Source: an uncultured Verrucomicrobiales bacterium
GTDB lineage: Bacteria; Verrucomicrobiota; Verrucomicrobiia; Verrucomicrobiales; DEV007
Reading direction: 5' to 3'
Length of the DNA: 46,127 nucleotides
Assembly: GCA_938091905.1 (NCBI GenBank)
Contig: CALKOM010000029.1
Span: 1 to 46,127, forward strand
The translations under genes were made by a program, and so were the position numbers. This document shows positions 1 through 9,771 of the stretch, in pieces. How positions within the stretch are numbered: the first letter of the stretch is position 1; each line of letters opens with the position of its first letter. The notes under the pieces are model-generated. The model was not told the DNA's origin. It saw only the letters and a list, made by a program, of their open reading frames with translations, and did not search any database.

Positions 1-382
1 AACCGAGAACTCAAGTCAGATCGACCGGCAAACTGGCTGATCGACGGTGAATATCATCGTCAAAAGCAGGGTGACTATTGTTTGAAAACTGGTAGTCACA
101 TCACAACTGGCGCTTTGGCGTGTTTCCGGAGGTGCCCTTTAGATGTAATTTCTCCATTTTTGATCATAAATGATTCAAATGCGTCCCAATGGGTCAGATC
201 CTCCCCCGAATTTCAATCGTCCACCGGCCAGCTAACCCACTTCTGCCGTTGCGGAAAGTGGACTCTGATAACGGCTCTCGTCGAACTCACCACAGGCCGA
301 ATCAGGTGCCTGAGACGGTTACACGTCTCTTCACGCATTCGGCGTGTCCACGATATTCCTGTCTATTGAAGTCAGTGAAGGG

Positions 383-1162
383 TCAAGCAAGGTCCGGCTG
401 GCTTAGATAGTCTCTGGTGCCGGGAAACTCGGAGCGCCAGTCTTTGACCCGTTGGGCGTCGATGTCGACCCGAGTGACCGACTCGGACTCGCCAGCGTGG
501 TAGACGATTTCACCAAGAGGGTCGATGACCATCGATCCGCCTGAGTAGTGGAAGTTGGGATCGTCGCCGCATCGATTCACACCGACCACGTAGGCTTGGT
601 TTTCCACCGCACGGGCCCGAAGTAGTAGTTCCCAATGATGCTGGCGCGAAGCTGGCCAACTCGCGATGACGATGAAGACTTCAGCTCCCTGGCGGAGTCC
701 GGTCCGAAAGAGTTCTGGGAAGCGGAGATCGTAGCAAATGAGCGGGCAGAAACAGACACCTGCGTGATCGAAGGTAATCACCTCGCTTCCAGCAGTGACT
801 ACTTTGTGTTCGCTTCGAAAGGGACGGATCTTGCGGTAGCTGATGTCCTTTGCCTGGTCTGGCTTGAGGTAAACGGCTTCGTTGGTGATCCTACCGTCGG
901 GCTGTCGACGGGCGATGCCGAGAATCGTGGGAACGTTCAGCTCGTTCATGAGCGATGATTCCCACGGTCCGTGCGGTGCCTCAGTGAGATTATCAAGGTC
1001 GTCTGTAAACCCAGTGCTGAGCATTTCTGGCAGGACGAGCAGCTGCTGATCATCTCCCTCGATATCAACGAGGTGGCGCTGAAGGCGGGAGAGGTTGCCG
1101 GTTGGATTTCTCCATAAAACGTCTAATTGTGCTAGCAATATTGTTATAATAGTCATACTCAT
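383..1162 (-). CDS. Nitrilase-family carbon-nitrogen hydrolase (omega-amidase/YafV-like)
   Basis: Glu-Lys-Cys triad motifs LPEM, YRKIRPF and ICYDLRFPE, plus ARAVENQAYVVGVNR and GGSMVIDPLG. Start codon uncertain by a few codons. Confidence 0.92.
   Translation of the reverse strand: MSMTIITILLAQLDVLWRNPTGNLSRLQRHLVDIEGDDQQLLVLPEMLSTGFTDDLDNLTEAPHGPWESSLMNELNVPTILGIARRQPDGRITNEAVYLKPDQAKDISYRKIRPFRSEHKVVTAGSEVITFDHAGVCFCPLICYDLRFPELFRTGLRQGAEVFIVIASWPASRQHHWELLLRARAVENQAYVVGVNRCGDDPNFHYSGGSMVIDPLGEIVYHAGESESVTRVDIDAQRVKDWRSEFPGTRDYLSQPDLA
1142..1150 (+). promoter_or_regulatory. Possible extended -10 promoter element (TGnTATAAT) for the EPS operon
   Basis: TGTTATAAT at the edge of the AT-rich divergent region 1120-1250. 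No convincing -35; it overlaps the 5' end of the amidase gene on the opposite strand. Confidence 0.3.
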
Positions 1163-1327
1163 AATGTAAATCTAAAATTAAGATGCCCGTATGAAGTGAT
1201 TATCGGAAATAGATGAGTTTATTATAAATAACATAAATATATTTGCCATATTCTCGATAGCGACGAGATTCTCAAAGAACCGCACGCGCATCTGAGAATC
1301 TTGTCCCACTCCATTTTTCCACACTCC

Positions 1328-2698
1328 ATGATCTCAATGCCCTACTCTATCCGCCGGGCTTCGCTTTGGCTAGCAGCCAGCGGTGCCCTTCTGGCCACGG
1401 CTTCTGCAGAGGATCCTGTACCTGCGCTAGCTAGTGACTTTCCTTCCGGTCTTGTCGTTGATGAGACCGAGAATCTACTCAAACCTGATGAGGATCTGTC
1501 ATCAGCCCTTTCAGGTAGTTTAGCAGGCGAGACGCGTTCCTCTTCAGGTCTGGTCGTCAGTCCAGCGCCGCTCTTTGATAATGAGCGTCTCCAGCAACCC
1601 AGGGTGGCTGGAGATCCCAGTGATCCGCTATCTGCGCGTCGAAAGACGAAGTCGAAGGTGGGTGTTAGTGTGCGTGGTGGTGTCGAATACAATGACAACA
1701 TCTTTGCAACAGCGGACGACGAGGAGAGCGATGTGGTTGCGATTCTTGCACCGACGCTGTCGGTGAATGCAGGGGACTTCCGAAAGAGAGAAGCCACTTA
1801 TCTAAGCGCAGCTTACACGGCTACGGGCTCAGCTTATCTGGAGGATACGGCGAATGATACGCTCGATCATCTGTTAGAAGTTGGTGGACAGTGGAAACGC
1901 AAACGCCTGACGATTCCGTATGATCTGCGTGTGTCACGTGAAACGGGTGCGTTTCTGGATATTGGAGGTCGCGACACGGCCGAGAGTTACGGAGGGCGAG
2001 TCGGAATTGACTATGCCGCTTCTTCCAAAGTCTCCTTTGGTCTTTCCGGTGAGTACAGCACGACGGACTACAGCCTCTTCGCTGATTTCGAAAGTGCGGT
2101 AGCGGAAGCTTATGTAGGATACAACGTCACTAGCAAGCTCACGTTAAATGCCGTCTATCGCTATAGTGATGCCAAGACGGAAGGTTCCGATGGCCAATCC
2201 TACCAAGCTGCCTTGGTTCGTGTAAACGCCCGGCCAAACTCGAAAGTCACCGCCTTTGCCGAGGCTGGTCTGGCGTTTAGTAGTTTGGGTCGGGGGGATC
2301 GCAATGACCTTATCTACCGAGCTGGTGTGGCCGTACAGCCGACGAGCAAGCAACGGATTACCTTCGAGGCGGTGCGACAGCCCAGCACGAGTTCGTTCAC
2401 GACTGGCAGTGGTTATATCAACAACGGGGTACAGCTGAGTTATGAGCAGGCACTCGGGGCGCGTAGTCGTGTTGTGGTCACAGGGGGTTACGAGATACAA
2501 GACTACTTTGCGGCTGATGAAGGGGTGACTACTGATCGCAAAGACGATTACTTTGTCTTTAGTTCATTGCTGGCCTATGATCTCAATGCTCATTGGCAGG
2601 CGCAGGTCTATTATACCTATGCTAACAATGACTCTAGTGACCCACTTGTTGAGTTCGATAACCAACGGGTAGGGATGGGCCTTACCTGGACGTATTAG
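1328..2698 (+). CDS. Outer-membrane beta-barrel associated with polysaccharide export (BBP2/EpsX/VpsM-like)
   Basis: Signal peptide, YNDNIF motif, alternating amphipathic strands, terminal strand RVGMGLTWTY with final aromatic; immediately upstream of the OPX gene. Start could be 1301, 1328 or 1337. Confidence 0.85.
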   Translation: MISMPYSIRRASLWLAASGALLATASAEDPVPALASDFPSGLVVDETENLLKPDEDLSSALSGSLAGETRSSSGLVVSPAPLFDNERLQQPRVAGDPSDPLSARRKTKSKVGVSVRGGVEYNDNIFATADDEESDVVAILAPTLSVNAGDFRKREATYLSAAYTATGSAYLEDTANDTLDHLLEVGGQWKRKRLTIPYDLRVSRETGAFLDIGGRDTAESYGGRVGIDYAASSKVSFGLSGEYSTTDYSLFADFESAVAEAYVGYNVTSKLTLNAVYRYSDAKTEGSDGQSYQAALVRVNARPNSKVTAFAEAGLAFSSLGRGDRNDLIYRAGVAVQPTSKQRITFEAVRQPSTSSFTTGSGYINNGVQLSYEQALGARSRVVVTGGYEIQDYFAADEGVTTDRKDDYFVFSSLLAYDLNAHWQAQVYYTYANNDSSDPLVEFDNQRVGMGLTWTY

Positions 2699-2711
2699 CA
2701 ACTACATTTCC

Positions 2712-3308
2712 ATGGCTTCACTACTTTTCGTTTCTCCTTTCATCGCTGCAATCATGAGCCTCGCGCTCGTATCTAGTGCCTATGGGCAGACCGGATCCAT
2801 TGTGGGCGAAGACTACACGATCTCTTCAGGAGATGTGGTGACGTTGTCTACCTTTGATGATCCTAAAGGAGCTGCGACGGAAAGGGTTTCTCCGAAGGGG
2901 ATGGTAGAGCACCCGTATCTTGGAGCCATCAGTATCGCCGGACTGACGGAAAGTGGTGCGGCTAGAAAGCTGGAAGGCCTCCTACGAGGTGACTATTTGG
3001 TGAACCCACGCGTGAGTATCACCGTGATCAGTTATACGAAGATCACATTTGTTGTGTTAGGTGCGGTGAACGCGCCAAACACGTTCACAGCTCCCGCCAA
3101 CAAGCGTATTACTCTCCTCAATGCGATCGCCCAAGCCGGCGATTTTAAGGATGTGGCCAATCGAAAGAAGGTACAGATCCTTCGTAGAGTGAATGGCGTG
3201 AACAAAGCCTACACCGTCAACATCAAAGAGATGCTTGAGAATTCTAACAGTGTTCCAGTCTATATTGAGGACGGCGACACCATCCGGGTAAAAGAAAGCT
3301 TTCTCTAA
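2712..3308 (+). CDS. wza: Short polysaccharide export protein (OPX; Poly_export plus one SLBB domain)
   Basis: YTISSGDVV, GMVEHPYLGAISIAGLT, YLVNPRVSI, VLGAVNAP, LLNAIAQAG, IEDGDTIRV. Signal peptide has no lipobox Cys. Confidence 0.92.
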   Translation: MASLLFVSPFIAAIMSLALVSSAYGQTGSIVGEDYTISSGDVVTLSTFDDPKGAATERVSPKGMVEHPYLGAISIAGLTESGAARKLEGLLRGDYLVNPRVSITVISYTKITFVVLGAVNAPNTFTAPANKRITLLNAIAQAGDFKDVANRKKVQILRRVNGVNKAYTVNIKEMLENSNSVPVYIEDGDTIRVKESFL

Positions 3309-3311
3309 AAC

Positions 3312-5537
3312 ATGGAGCGTCATTTGCCAGTTCCCGTTAAGCCCAATCAACCGAGCCAAAGCTATAATTTGGTACCCCCGAGTGGTGTCGTTCCCCTGGC
3401 GCCTGCCGCTTCAGTGGAAGGGGCGCCGGTCGAGCTTCCAACGCTAGATTTCCTGGGGCTCTTTCACACGTTGGCTCGTCGCAAATGGATCATTCTTGCA
3501 GCATTGGTCTTCTGGGTTGGGTTGGCGGTGCTCTTTCTGAAGCATAGTCCTGATGTGTTTGAATCTGTTGGCGAACTGGAAGTTGAGTCTGAGGACATGA
3601 AGATCAGTCCCTTTGATCCTATTCGGAAACAGGACTTCCGGTCGATCGACGCTCTGAAGACAGTGGAGCACAATTTGCAGAGCACAGATTTGATCATGCG
3701 CATGATCAAGAATCATGACTTGGAAAGCAATCTCCAAGGATCTCAGACGATGCAAATTGCGCAGATCCAAGGGCGATCCACAATTCAGTTAGTCCGAGGA
3801 ACCCGTAAGGTGAGCATCAGTTATCGAAGCACGGATCCCGAATTTGCCAAGCGGGTGGTTGATGCCTATATCGAGGAGTTTGACGCCGAGGAACGTGAAG
3901 CCAGACATGCGGTGCAAGACGGTGCGAAGGAGGATCTTGCTGCACGCGAGAAGGCGTTGTTGGGACAGTTGGAGACGGCAACGAATTTGCTCAAAGACTA
4001 CAAAGAGGCGAATGCAGAACTCGACCTGCGCTCTGATGGAAACGTGATTGGAACGGGACTCTCCGACTTGATGGTGCGTGCTGCCGAAGCGCGAGCGAAG
4101 CGGCTTGATCTTGAGAAGCAGCTTGGAACGGCAGCAACAGTAACAGACTCAAAGAGACTGTTGGAAATTTCTAGTATTGCGACGCTCCCGGAGATACGCG
4201 ATCTCCGAACAACAATCCGTGAGAAGGCGGTGGCCTTTGAGACTCTGAAGAAGACGTTTGGCTACAAGCATCAGACGTATATTGAAGCAGAAACTGAGAT
4301 CCAGCAGTTTGAAAGTAAGTTGGCTGAGGCTGCCAGGTCTGCATTGGCAGGTCTCAAGCGAGACCATAACAGTGCCGTGGAGAAAGAGGCAGCGTATAGC
4401 AAGGCCTCCGAGCAGTCTCGTGGTCAAGTAGCCAAACGAGAGCAGGTCCTGGTGCGGATCGGTGAACTCGATAGTGAGATTACTGGATTGCAGAGTGTTC
4501 TCGACGAGGTCACTATGAAGCTGCGCGAGACGGAAGTCAGCAGCGGATTGGAGACGACGATAATTCGGGTGAAGCAGAAGCCGATGATTGGGGAACTGCC
4601 GATTTGGCCTAACAAACCGTTTATTATGGCGGGTGGTCTGATGCTTGGCATGATCAGCGGTATTGCTCTTGCTTTTGCGGTGGAGATGTTGCGGCGCCAG
4701 ATTCGTGACGAGGGGGATGTTTCTAAGATTCTGTCAGGCGTCATATGTCTATCACAAGTTCCAGCAACGAGGATTCGCAAGCCGCAAGACAATTTGATTG
4801 TTGCCAATGACCCCCACTCCATCGGCGCGGAAAGGTTCCGAGCGCTACGTGCTTCGCTCTATTTCCGCCCGCAGGGTGAGCCCAAAGTTGTGGTGATCAC
4901 GAGTGCCAACTCTGGCGATGGAAAGTCCTTCTGCGCGATGAACTGTGCTGCTGCCTATGCAATGCAAGGGAATAAGACACTGCTAGTCGATGGGGATCTT
5001 CGCTGCCCTAGTTTGGAAGAAGTGTTTCTTCGCGGGCGCAATCGCGGCATGACGGAGTTCCTCCGTGGATGTGCCGAACCACAGGACATCTGTTATCCTA
5101 CCCAAGTCAATGGGCTCTACTTTATACCCTCGGGCGAGTTGCGCTCAAATCCTGCAGAGCTTCTGTCCGGGCCTCGACTGGGTGTGCTGATTGAGCAGGC
5201 ATCCCAGTACTTTGACAAGATTGTTATTGATGGCGCTCCTCTCATACCAGTGAGTGATGGGTTGATGTTAGCTAGTCACGCAGATGCGACCTGTCTCGTG
5301 GTCCGCTCGAATACGACAAAGAAAAACGAATTACATAGGGTAGGTCAGACCCTTTCAAAGACCGGGCATCCTCTGGCTGGATACATCCTCAACGGGGTGG
5401 CCAATGGGCAGAGCGAGTCCACGTATGTTACCTACATGTCCAAGCAACAACGCCTCAATCTCAAGAGCAAGGGCGATGAGGTGCCTGCCCTCCCTGCTCG
5501 GACGGAAGAACTCTCAAAGAAGGCGGCTATGCTATGA
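3312..5537 (+). CDS. wzc: Polysaccharide co-polymerase / BY tyrosine kinase
   Basis: Two TM helices flanking a coiled-coil periplasmic domain, PIWPNK motif, ERFRALR, Walker A SANSGDGKS, DGDLR, Walker B IVIDGAP. Confidence 0.93.
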   Translation: MERHLPVPVKPNQPSQSYNLVPPSGVVPLAPAASVEGAPVELPTLDFLGLFHTLARRKWIILAALVFWVGLAVLFLKHSPDVFESVGELEVESEDMKISPFDPIRKQDFRSIDALKTVEHNLQSTDLIMRMIKNHDLESNLQGSQTMQIAQIQGRSTIQLVRGTRKVSISYRSTDPEFAKRVVDAYIEEFDAEEREARHAVQDGAKEDLAAREKALLGQLETATNLLKDYKEANAELDLRSDGNVIGTGLSDLMVRAAEARAKRLDLEKQLGTAATVTDSKRLLEISSIATLPEIRDLRTTIREKAVAFETLKKTFGYKHQTYIEAETEIQQFESKLAEAARSALAGLKRDHNSAVEKEAAYSKASEQSRGQVAKREQVLVRIGELDSEITGLQSVLDEVTMKLRETEVSSGLETTIIRVKQKPMIGELPIWPNKPFIMAGGLMLGMISGIALAFAVEMLRRQIRDEGDVSKILSGVICLSQVPATRIRKPQDNLIVANDPHSIGAERFRALRASLYFRPQGEPKVVVITSANSGDGKSFCAMNCAAAYAMQGNKTLLVDGDLRCPSLEEVFLRGRNRGMTEFLRGCAEPQDICYPTQVNGLYFIPSGELRSNPAELLSGPRLGVLIEQASQYFDKIVIDGAPLIPVSDGLMLASHADATCLVVRSNTTKKNELHRVGQTLSKTGHPLAGYILNGVANGQSESTYVTYMSKQQRLNLKSKGDEVPALPARTEELSKKAAML

Positions 5538-6997
5538 ATGCCTCATCCTCCGCGAACAATCGGGCGAAGCGAAGGCCTGAGGTGGTCGAGAACACTACCA
5601 TCTTTGTTATCCTGGCGGACTCCTTAGTGTTGCTGGGCTCACTCGTGCTGAGTTTCTTTATCCGATTTCACTACCTGGGGCAGATCGGTGTGAACGAGCC
5701 AGGGATGACTCTGGGGCAGTATGCCATCTTTATGGGCATGGGTATTGTAGGAGCTCTCGTGATTTTTGGGCATTCCCATTTATACGAGAACCAGTATCTG
5801 CTTTCTCCTCGCAAGTCGTTTCCAAGGATCTTCCGGGCCTGCCTTCTTTGGTTTGTTTGTTATCTGGCAGCGTTGCGTCTGATAGAGCCTGGCTTGGCGC
5901 AGGCAGACCAGACTTCGCCTGCCAGTCGGCTCTATCTGTTGATGGCGCCTTGTGTGTTGTTATTCGCGATGACGCTGTGGCGATACGTGCTCTGTAAATT
6001 GATTTGGCGCTGTGCTCGCCAATCTCGGTTGATAGAGAATGTGCTCTTCCTTGGCTGGAATCAGGACTGTGTGGATGCGGGTGAGATCATGACGGCAGAT
6101 CGTGGAAGCCCTATGGTGATCGCAGGAGCGATTCGCCCGCCGAGTCAGGGTTTTGCTCAGCCGCTTTCCGAGGGAATGAAGGACTTTGGTGAATTCTCCC
6201 AGCTCTCGGATGTTCTTAGAGGAGGGCAGATCGACATGCTTATCACCACGGACACCGAGCTGGATCGTAATGATCTTGGGCATACCATCACGCTTTGTGA
6301 GAAAGAGATGGTTGGATTCCAGCTGGTGCCAACGTGCTTCCGTGTGCTTCTCAGTGGGCTGAGTTTGGATCGGATCTTTGGAATGCCATTGTTAGGAATT
6401 TCGAGGTTGCCGCTGCATTCGCGGGTGAATCTGTTTTTTAAGCGGGTGATTGACGCGACCGGTGGCTTCGTCGGCCTGGTGCTCAGCGCCCCGCTCATCG
6501 CTGTCTTCGGTGCGATCATCTATCTCCAATCACCCGGTCCCATCTTCTATCGCCAGCGCCGAGTAGGTCAGCGGGGGCGGGAGTTTGATATCATCAAGCT
6601 CCGCAGTATGAAACTTGATTCTGAAGCTGGAACTGGTGCTGTGTGGACGGTGGAGAACGATCCTCGCCGTCTTAAGATTGGCCGGTTTCTCCGGGCTTCT
6701 AATATTGATGAGGTTCCCCAGTTTTGGAACGTATTAATAGGGGAAATGAGCCTCGTGGGGCCACGCCCTGAACGTCCCGAATTGATCAGAAAGTTCAGGG
6801 ACGAGATTCCCCATTACAATGCCCGACATGCGATCAAGCCCGGGATCACTGGCTGGGCTCAGGTCAATGGCTTCCGCGGTAATACGGATCTCACTGAGCG
6901 GGTCAAGTATGATCTTCACTACATCGAACGCTGGAATCTACTTTTCGATTTCCAGATTATGTTCCTAACCTTCTTAAAACGGGACAATGCCTACTGA
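5534..6997 (+). CDS. wcaJ: Undecaprenyl-phosphate sugar (probably glucose) phosphotransferase
   Basis: KRVID, SPGPIFYRQRRVG, IKLRSM, DEVPQFWNVLIGEMSLVGPRPE, KPGITGWAQVNG. ATGA overlap with wzc. Confidence 0.93.
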   Translation: MNASSSANNRAKRRPEVVENTTIFVILADSLVLLGSLVLSFFIRFHYLGQIGVNEPGMTLGQYAIFMGMGIVGALVIFGHSHLYENQYLLSPRKSFPRIFRACLLWFVCYLAALRLIEPGLAQADQTSPASRLYLLMAPCVLLFAMTLWRYVLCKLIWRCARQSRLIENVLFLGWNQDCVDAGEIMTADRGSPMVIAGAIRPPSQGFAQPLSEGMKDFGEFSQLSDVLRGGQIDMLITTDTELDRNDLGHTITLCEKEMVGFQLVPTCFRVLLSGLSLDRIFGMPLLGISRLPLHSRVNLFFKRVIDATGGFVGLVLSAPLIAVFGAIIYLQSPGPIFYRQRRVGQRGREFDIIKLRSMKLDSEAGTGAVWTVENDPRRLKIGRFLRASNIDEVPQFWNVLIGEMSLVGPRPERPELIRKFRDEIPHYNARHAIKPGITGWAQVNGFRGNTDLTERVKYDLHYIERWNLLFDFQIMFLTFLKRDNAY

Positions 6998-7017
6998 TCA
7001 GTAAGGCGTAGGGTAGA

Positions 7018-8403
7018 GTGTTGGAAACGGACCCACATAGAAAGATGCGGGGTCGCGGGCTCAAGCTCGCGGCCTTGACGTCGTTAGCGAGTAAGGGTGG
7101 AAACGTCCTCTTGCAGCTCGTGGGCATGGGAATCGCCTTCCGTGTTCTTGGGGTAGAGGAGTTTGGTGTGGTCGCCATGATCAGTACTCTGATCTCATTC
7201 GTCATCCTTTCTGAACTCGGTGTGGGGCCAGGTCTGACCAATGTCTTGGCTAAAAGCATTGCTTCGAATGACAGGGTTCGTGCGAGCCAAGCATTCACCA
7301 CGGCATTCTTGCTGACGGTTGGGCTGGCGGCCATAGGTTGTTTGATGGTTGTCGGTTTGGTTATGAACGTGCCAGTAGCGACTCTCTTTGGAGAGCAGTT
7401 TGCACCTTATGCCGAGTCCATGCGAAACGGCATCTTGTTGGGTGTTGTAATCGTCTTCATCAAGATGGTGACGTCGTTGGGCGATCGGGCGCGTGCAGCT
7501 TACCAAGAGACTTTCATCACCAATCTCTATGGTGCCCTTGGTAATATCATTTCGGGTATTGTTTTGATCGTCGGGATTCACGCAGTACCCAAGGTGTGGT
7601 TTGTTATCCTGGTCGTGAATGGTGGGCTGGCATTGGCGCTCTTAGTGAATATGATTCATCTCTGGATTCAGAGACCTCATCTTATCCCCAAATGGTCAAA
7701 GCTAGACACCCAGCTGGTCAGGTTTCTTCTCATCGATGGCCTTGCCTTCTGCGCAACGCTTAGTCTTGCACCCATGGCAAAGGGATTTGGGCTGCGGCTT
7801 ATTCTTGGTCACGTCGGTGGGCCTGTCGCTGTTGCTCTCTTCGATATCTTAGAGCGCCTCATGGTCATGGTCTTTGGTTTTATTGTCATGTTTACGTTTC
7901 CGCTCTGGCCTGCGTTGAGCGATGCCGCTGCACGGAGTGACTTTGCTTGGATCCGTTCTGCCCGGAAGCGCCTCTATGTTCTGGCTGGTGGGTATACGCT
8001 ACTATTTACCGCAAGCTTGACGGTGTTCGGCGCCTGGGTAATTCAGCTTTGGTTAGGTGAAGAGATCTTGATTGAGCGGGTAACTCTCTTTGCGTTCAGC
8101 CTCTATGTGAGCATGCACGTCTGGCATCACGTGCATCACATCTTTCTCGCTAGTCTTGATTCCATTCGGACCGTTGCCATGGTCGTGCTCATCGAATTGC
8201 CTTTCTTCCTCCTCGCCGGCTACTTCGGCTACACGCTCTACGGTTTTCCAGGACTCTTCCTCAGTCTAGCGCTTGTCGGTTCCGTTGCTGCCTTTGTCTT
8301 TCCTTACCTCGCTCTTCAACGCATGCGAACCCTTGAACGTGACTCAGCGTCAGCTCCTCCCAGCTCCTCACTGGATGATGCGATGATCACTGTTGCCTCC
8401 TAA
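7018..8403 (+). CDS. wzx: Oligosaccharide flippase (MOP superfamily)
   Basis: About 12 hydrophobic segments, RVLGVEEFG and ELGVG motifs, position inside the EPS operon. Confidence 0.88.
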   Translation: MLETDPHRKMRGRGLKLAALTSLASKGGNVLLQLVGMGIAFRVLGVEEFGVVAMISTLISFVILSELGVGPGLTNVLAKSIASNDRVRASQAFTTAFLLTVGLAAIGCLMVVGLVMNVPVATLFGEQFAPYAESMRNGILLGVVIVFIKMVTSLGDRARAAYQETFITNLYGALGNIISGIVLIVGIHAVPKVWFVILVVNGGLALALLVNMIHLWIQRPHLIPKWSKLDTQLVRFLLIDGLAFCATLSLAPMAKGFGLRLILGHVGGPVAVALFDILERLMVMVFGFIVMFTFPLWPALSDAAARSDFAWIRSARKRLYVLAGGYTLLFTASLTVFGAWVIQLWLGEEILIERVTLFAFSLYVSMHVWHHVHHIFLASLDSIRTVAMVVLIELPFFLLAGYFGYTLYGFPGLFLSLALVGSVAAFVFPYLALQRMRTLERDSASAPPSSSLDDAMITVAS

Positions 8404-8421
8404 CTTTACTGCTATGCGTCG

Positions 8422-9771
8422 ATGTTATCGGTTCTCTACTGGATCTACTGCCTAGCGTTTGCGTTCGACTTCCGAGGGGAAGCCGGAGGCTCTGCCGTGC
8501 AGTATGTGTTCCTCCTGCTCGCTGTGGGTAGTGGCTTAGCGATCATGGCGGTTGGCTATCGAGCCCTGTTTACGCTGCCGGGCGTGTATCTAGTGCTGTT
8601 GTGGATCGGCTTTCTCGTCCTCACGCCACTCGTAGCCGTGGGACAAGGTGTTCCGATTGGGAACTACATTCGTTGCTCCCTTCCGCTTCACTTCATGGGC
8701 CTGAGCCTATTTGTCATGCAGGTCATGGCGGGCAGTGCTACTGATCCCCATAAACTTCTGTTTCCTCTCGTTGTTTCTGGGGCGATCAATATCTTCTGGC
8801 GGGCCGTTTATTCGCTCGTGATCATGAAGATCCCGATTCACGAGATCCGGTACGAACTCCTTAGTTCAGCGGCTCCTTTCTTCATTGGTTATGCGATGGT
8901 TGCTTTCTTCTTCTCACAGCGACGAGTTCCCATGGATGTTCTTATCGGCGGTGGACTTACCTTTGGATCGCTCTTTATTAGTATTACGCGCTCCTACATT
9001 GCCACGGCTGGCTTTGCGTTCTTGGCCTGCGTGGCGTTGCTCTATGTGAGCTTGCGTCGTCGTCAATGGACGGTGCCAGCTATTATCGGAAAGCTCAAAC
9101 AGGCTGCGGGCCTGGGAGTGATCGGGGTGGTGATGATCCTGGTCATCGCCATTACGAACCCACTCGTCCTTGAACGTTGGACTAAGCGTTTGTTAGAAAA
9201 TGCTGGGACTGGCGCTGAGACTTCGGCGGATGTGTCTTTGCTCACACGTCAGGCGGAATTCGACACGATGTTTGGGATGCTCTCGGAGAACCCACACACT
9301 TACTTTTTTGGGTTGGGGCTTGGTGCCTACTATCAGTGGGATGAAGCCTATCTACATGAACTCCTTCTTGTATGGGGAGATCGTGATGATCTGAATGAAG
9401 AAATTTTCTTCCCGGGACACTCGACCTGGGTATACGCGGTGTTTTCCAGTGGCTATCTCGGATTGGCCTGCTATCTGCTTGTGTTCTTGGGAGGGCTCGC
9501 CTTTGCGTGGAGAGTTATTTGGAAGCTCAGCTTTGCTGGGCACCCTCCAAACGAGTTTCTCATTCTCCCCATGGTGGTGACGCTCTGTTACCTTAGCCAG
9601 ACCTTCACCGCGAATCCATTTATTGACCGCTTCGCTGGCTTAATCATTGGTCTATTCCTTGGCTATCCTCAGGTCTTCCTGAATCGATATCGGTTTGCGC
9701 AACTGTCCCAGCCGCTAGCCTCTCAACCCACCATGCCTGTTGCCAGCATGCAACCCTCCCCAGTGCCATGA
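8422..9771 (+). CDS. wzy: Probable polysaccharide polymerase (Wzy / O-antigen ligase family)
   Basis: Multi-TM protein with SITRS, S-x3-R, FFGLGLG and GHS...SGYLGL motifs typical of the Wzy_C region; operon context. Confidence 0.75.
   Translation: MLSVLYWIYCLAFAFDFRGEAGGSAVQYVFLLLAVGSGLAIMAVGYRALFTLPGVYLVLLWIGFLVLTPLVAVGQGVPIGNYIRCSLPLHFMGLSLFVMQVMAGSATDPHKLLFPLVVSGAINIFWRAVYSLVIMKIPIHEIRYELLSSAAPFFIGYAMVAFFFSQRRVPMDVLIGGGLTFGSLFISITRSYIATAGFAFLACVALLYVSLRRRQWTVPAIIGKLKQAAGLGVIGVVMILVIAITNPLVLERWTKRLLENAGTGAETSADVSLLTRQAEFDTMFGMLSENPHTYFFGLGLGAYYQWDEAYLHELLLVWGDRDDLNEEIFFPGHSTWVYAVFSSGYLGLACYLLVFLGGLAFAWRVIWKLSFAGHPPNEFLILPMVVTLCYLSQTFTANPFIDRFAGLIIGLFLGYPQVFLNRYRFAQLSQPLASQPTMPVASMQPSPVP

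Noticed and set aside
1315..1323. DnaA-box-like TTTTCCACA near the EPS operon start
   Set aside because: A single one-mismatch 9-mer is expected by chance in 46 kb.
1163..1327. ops/JUMPStart antitermination element before the EPS operon
   Set aside because: No GGCGGTAG-like sequence found by eye.
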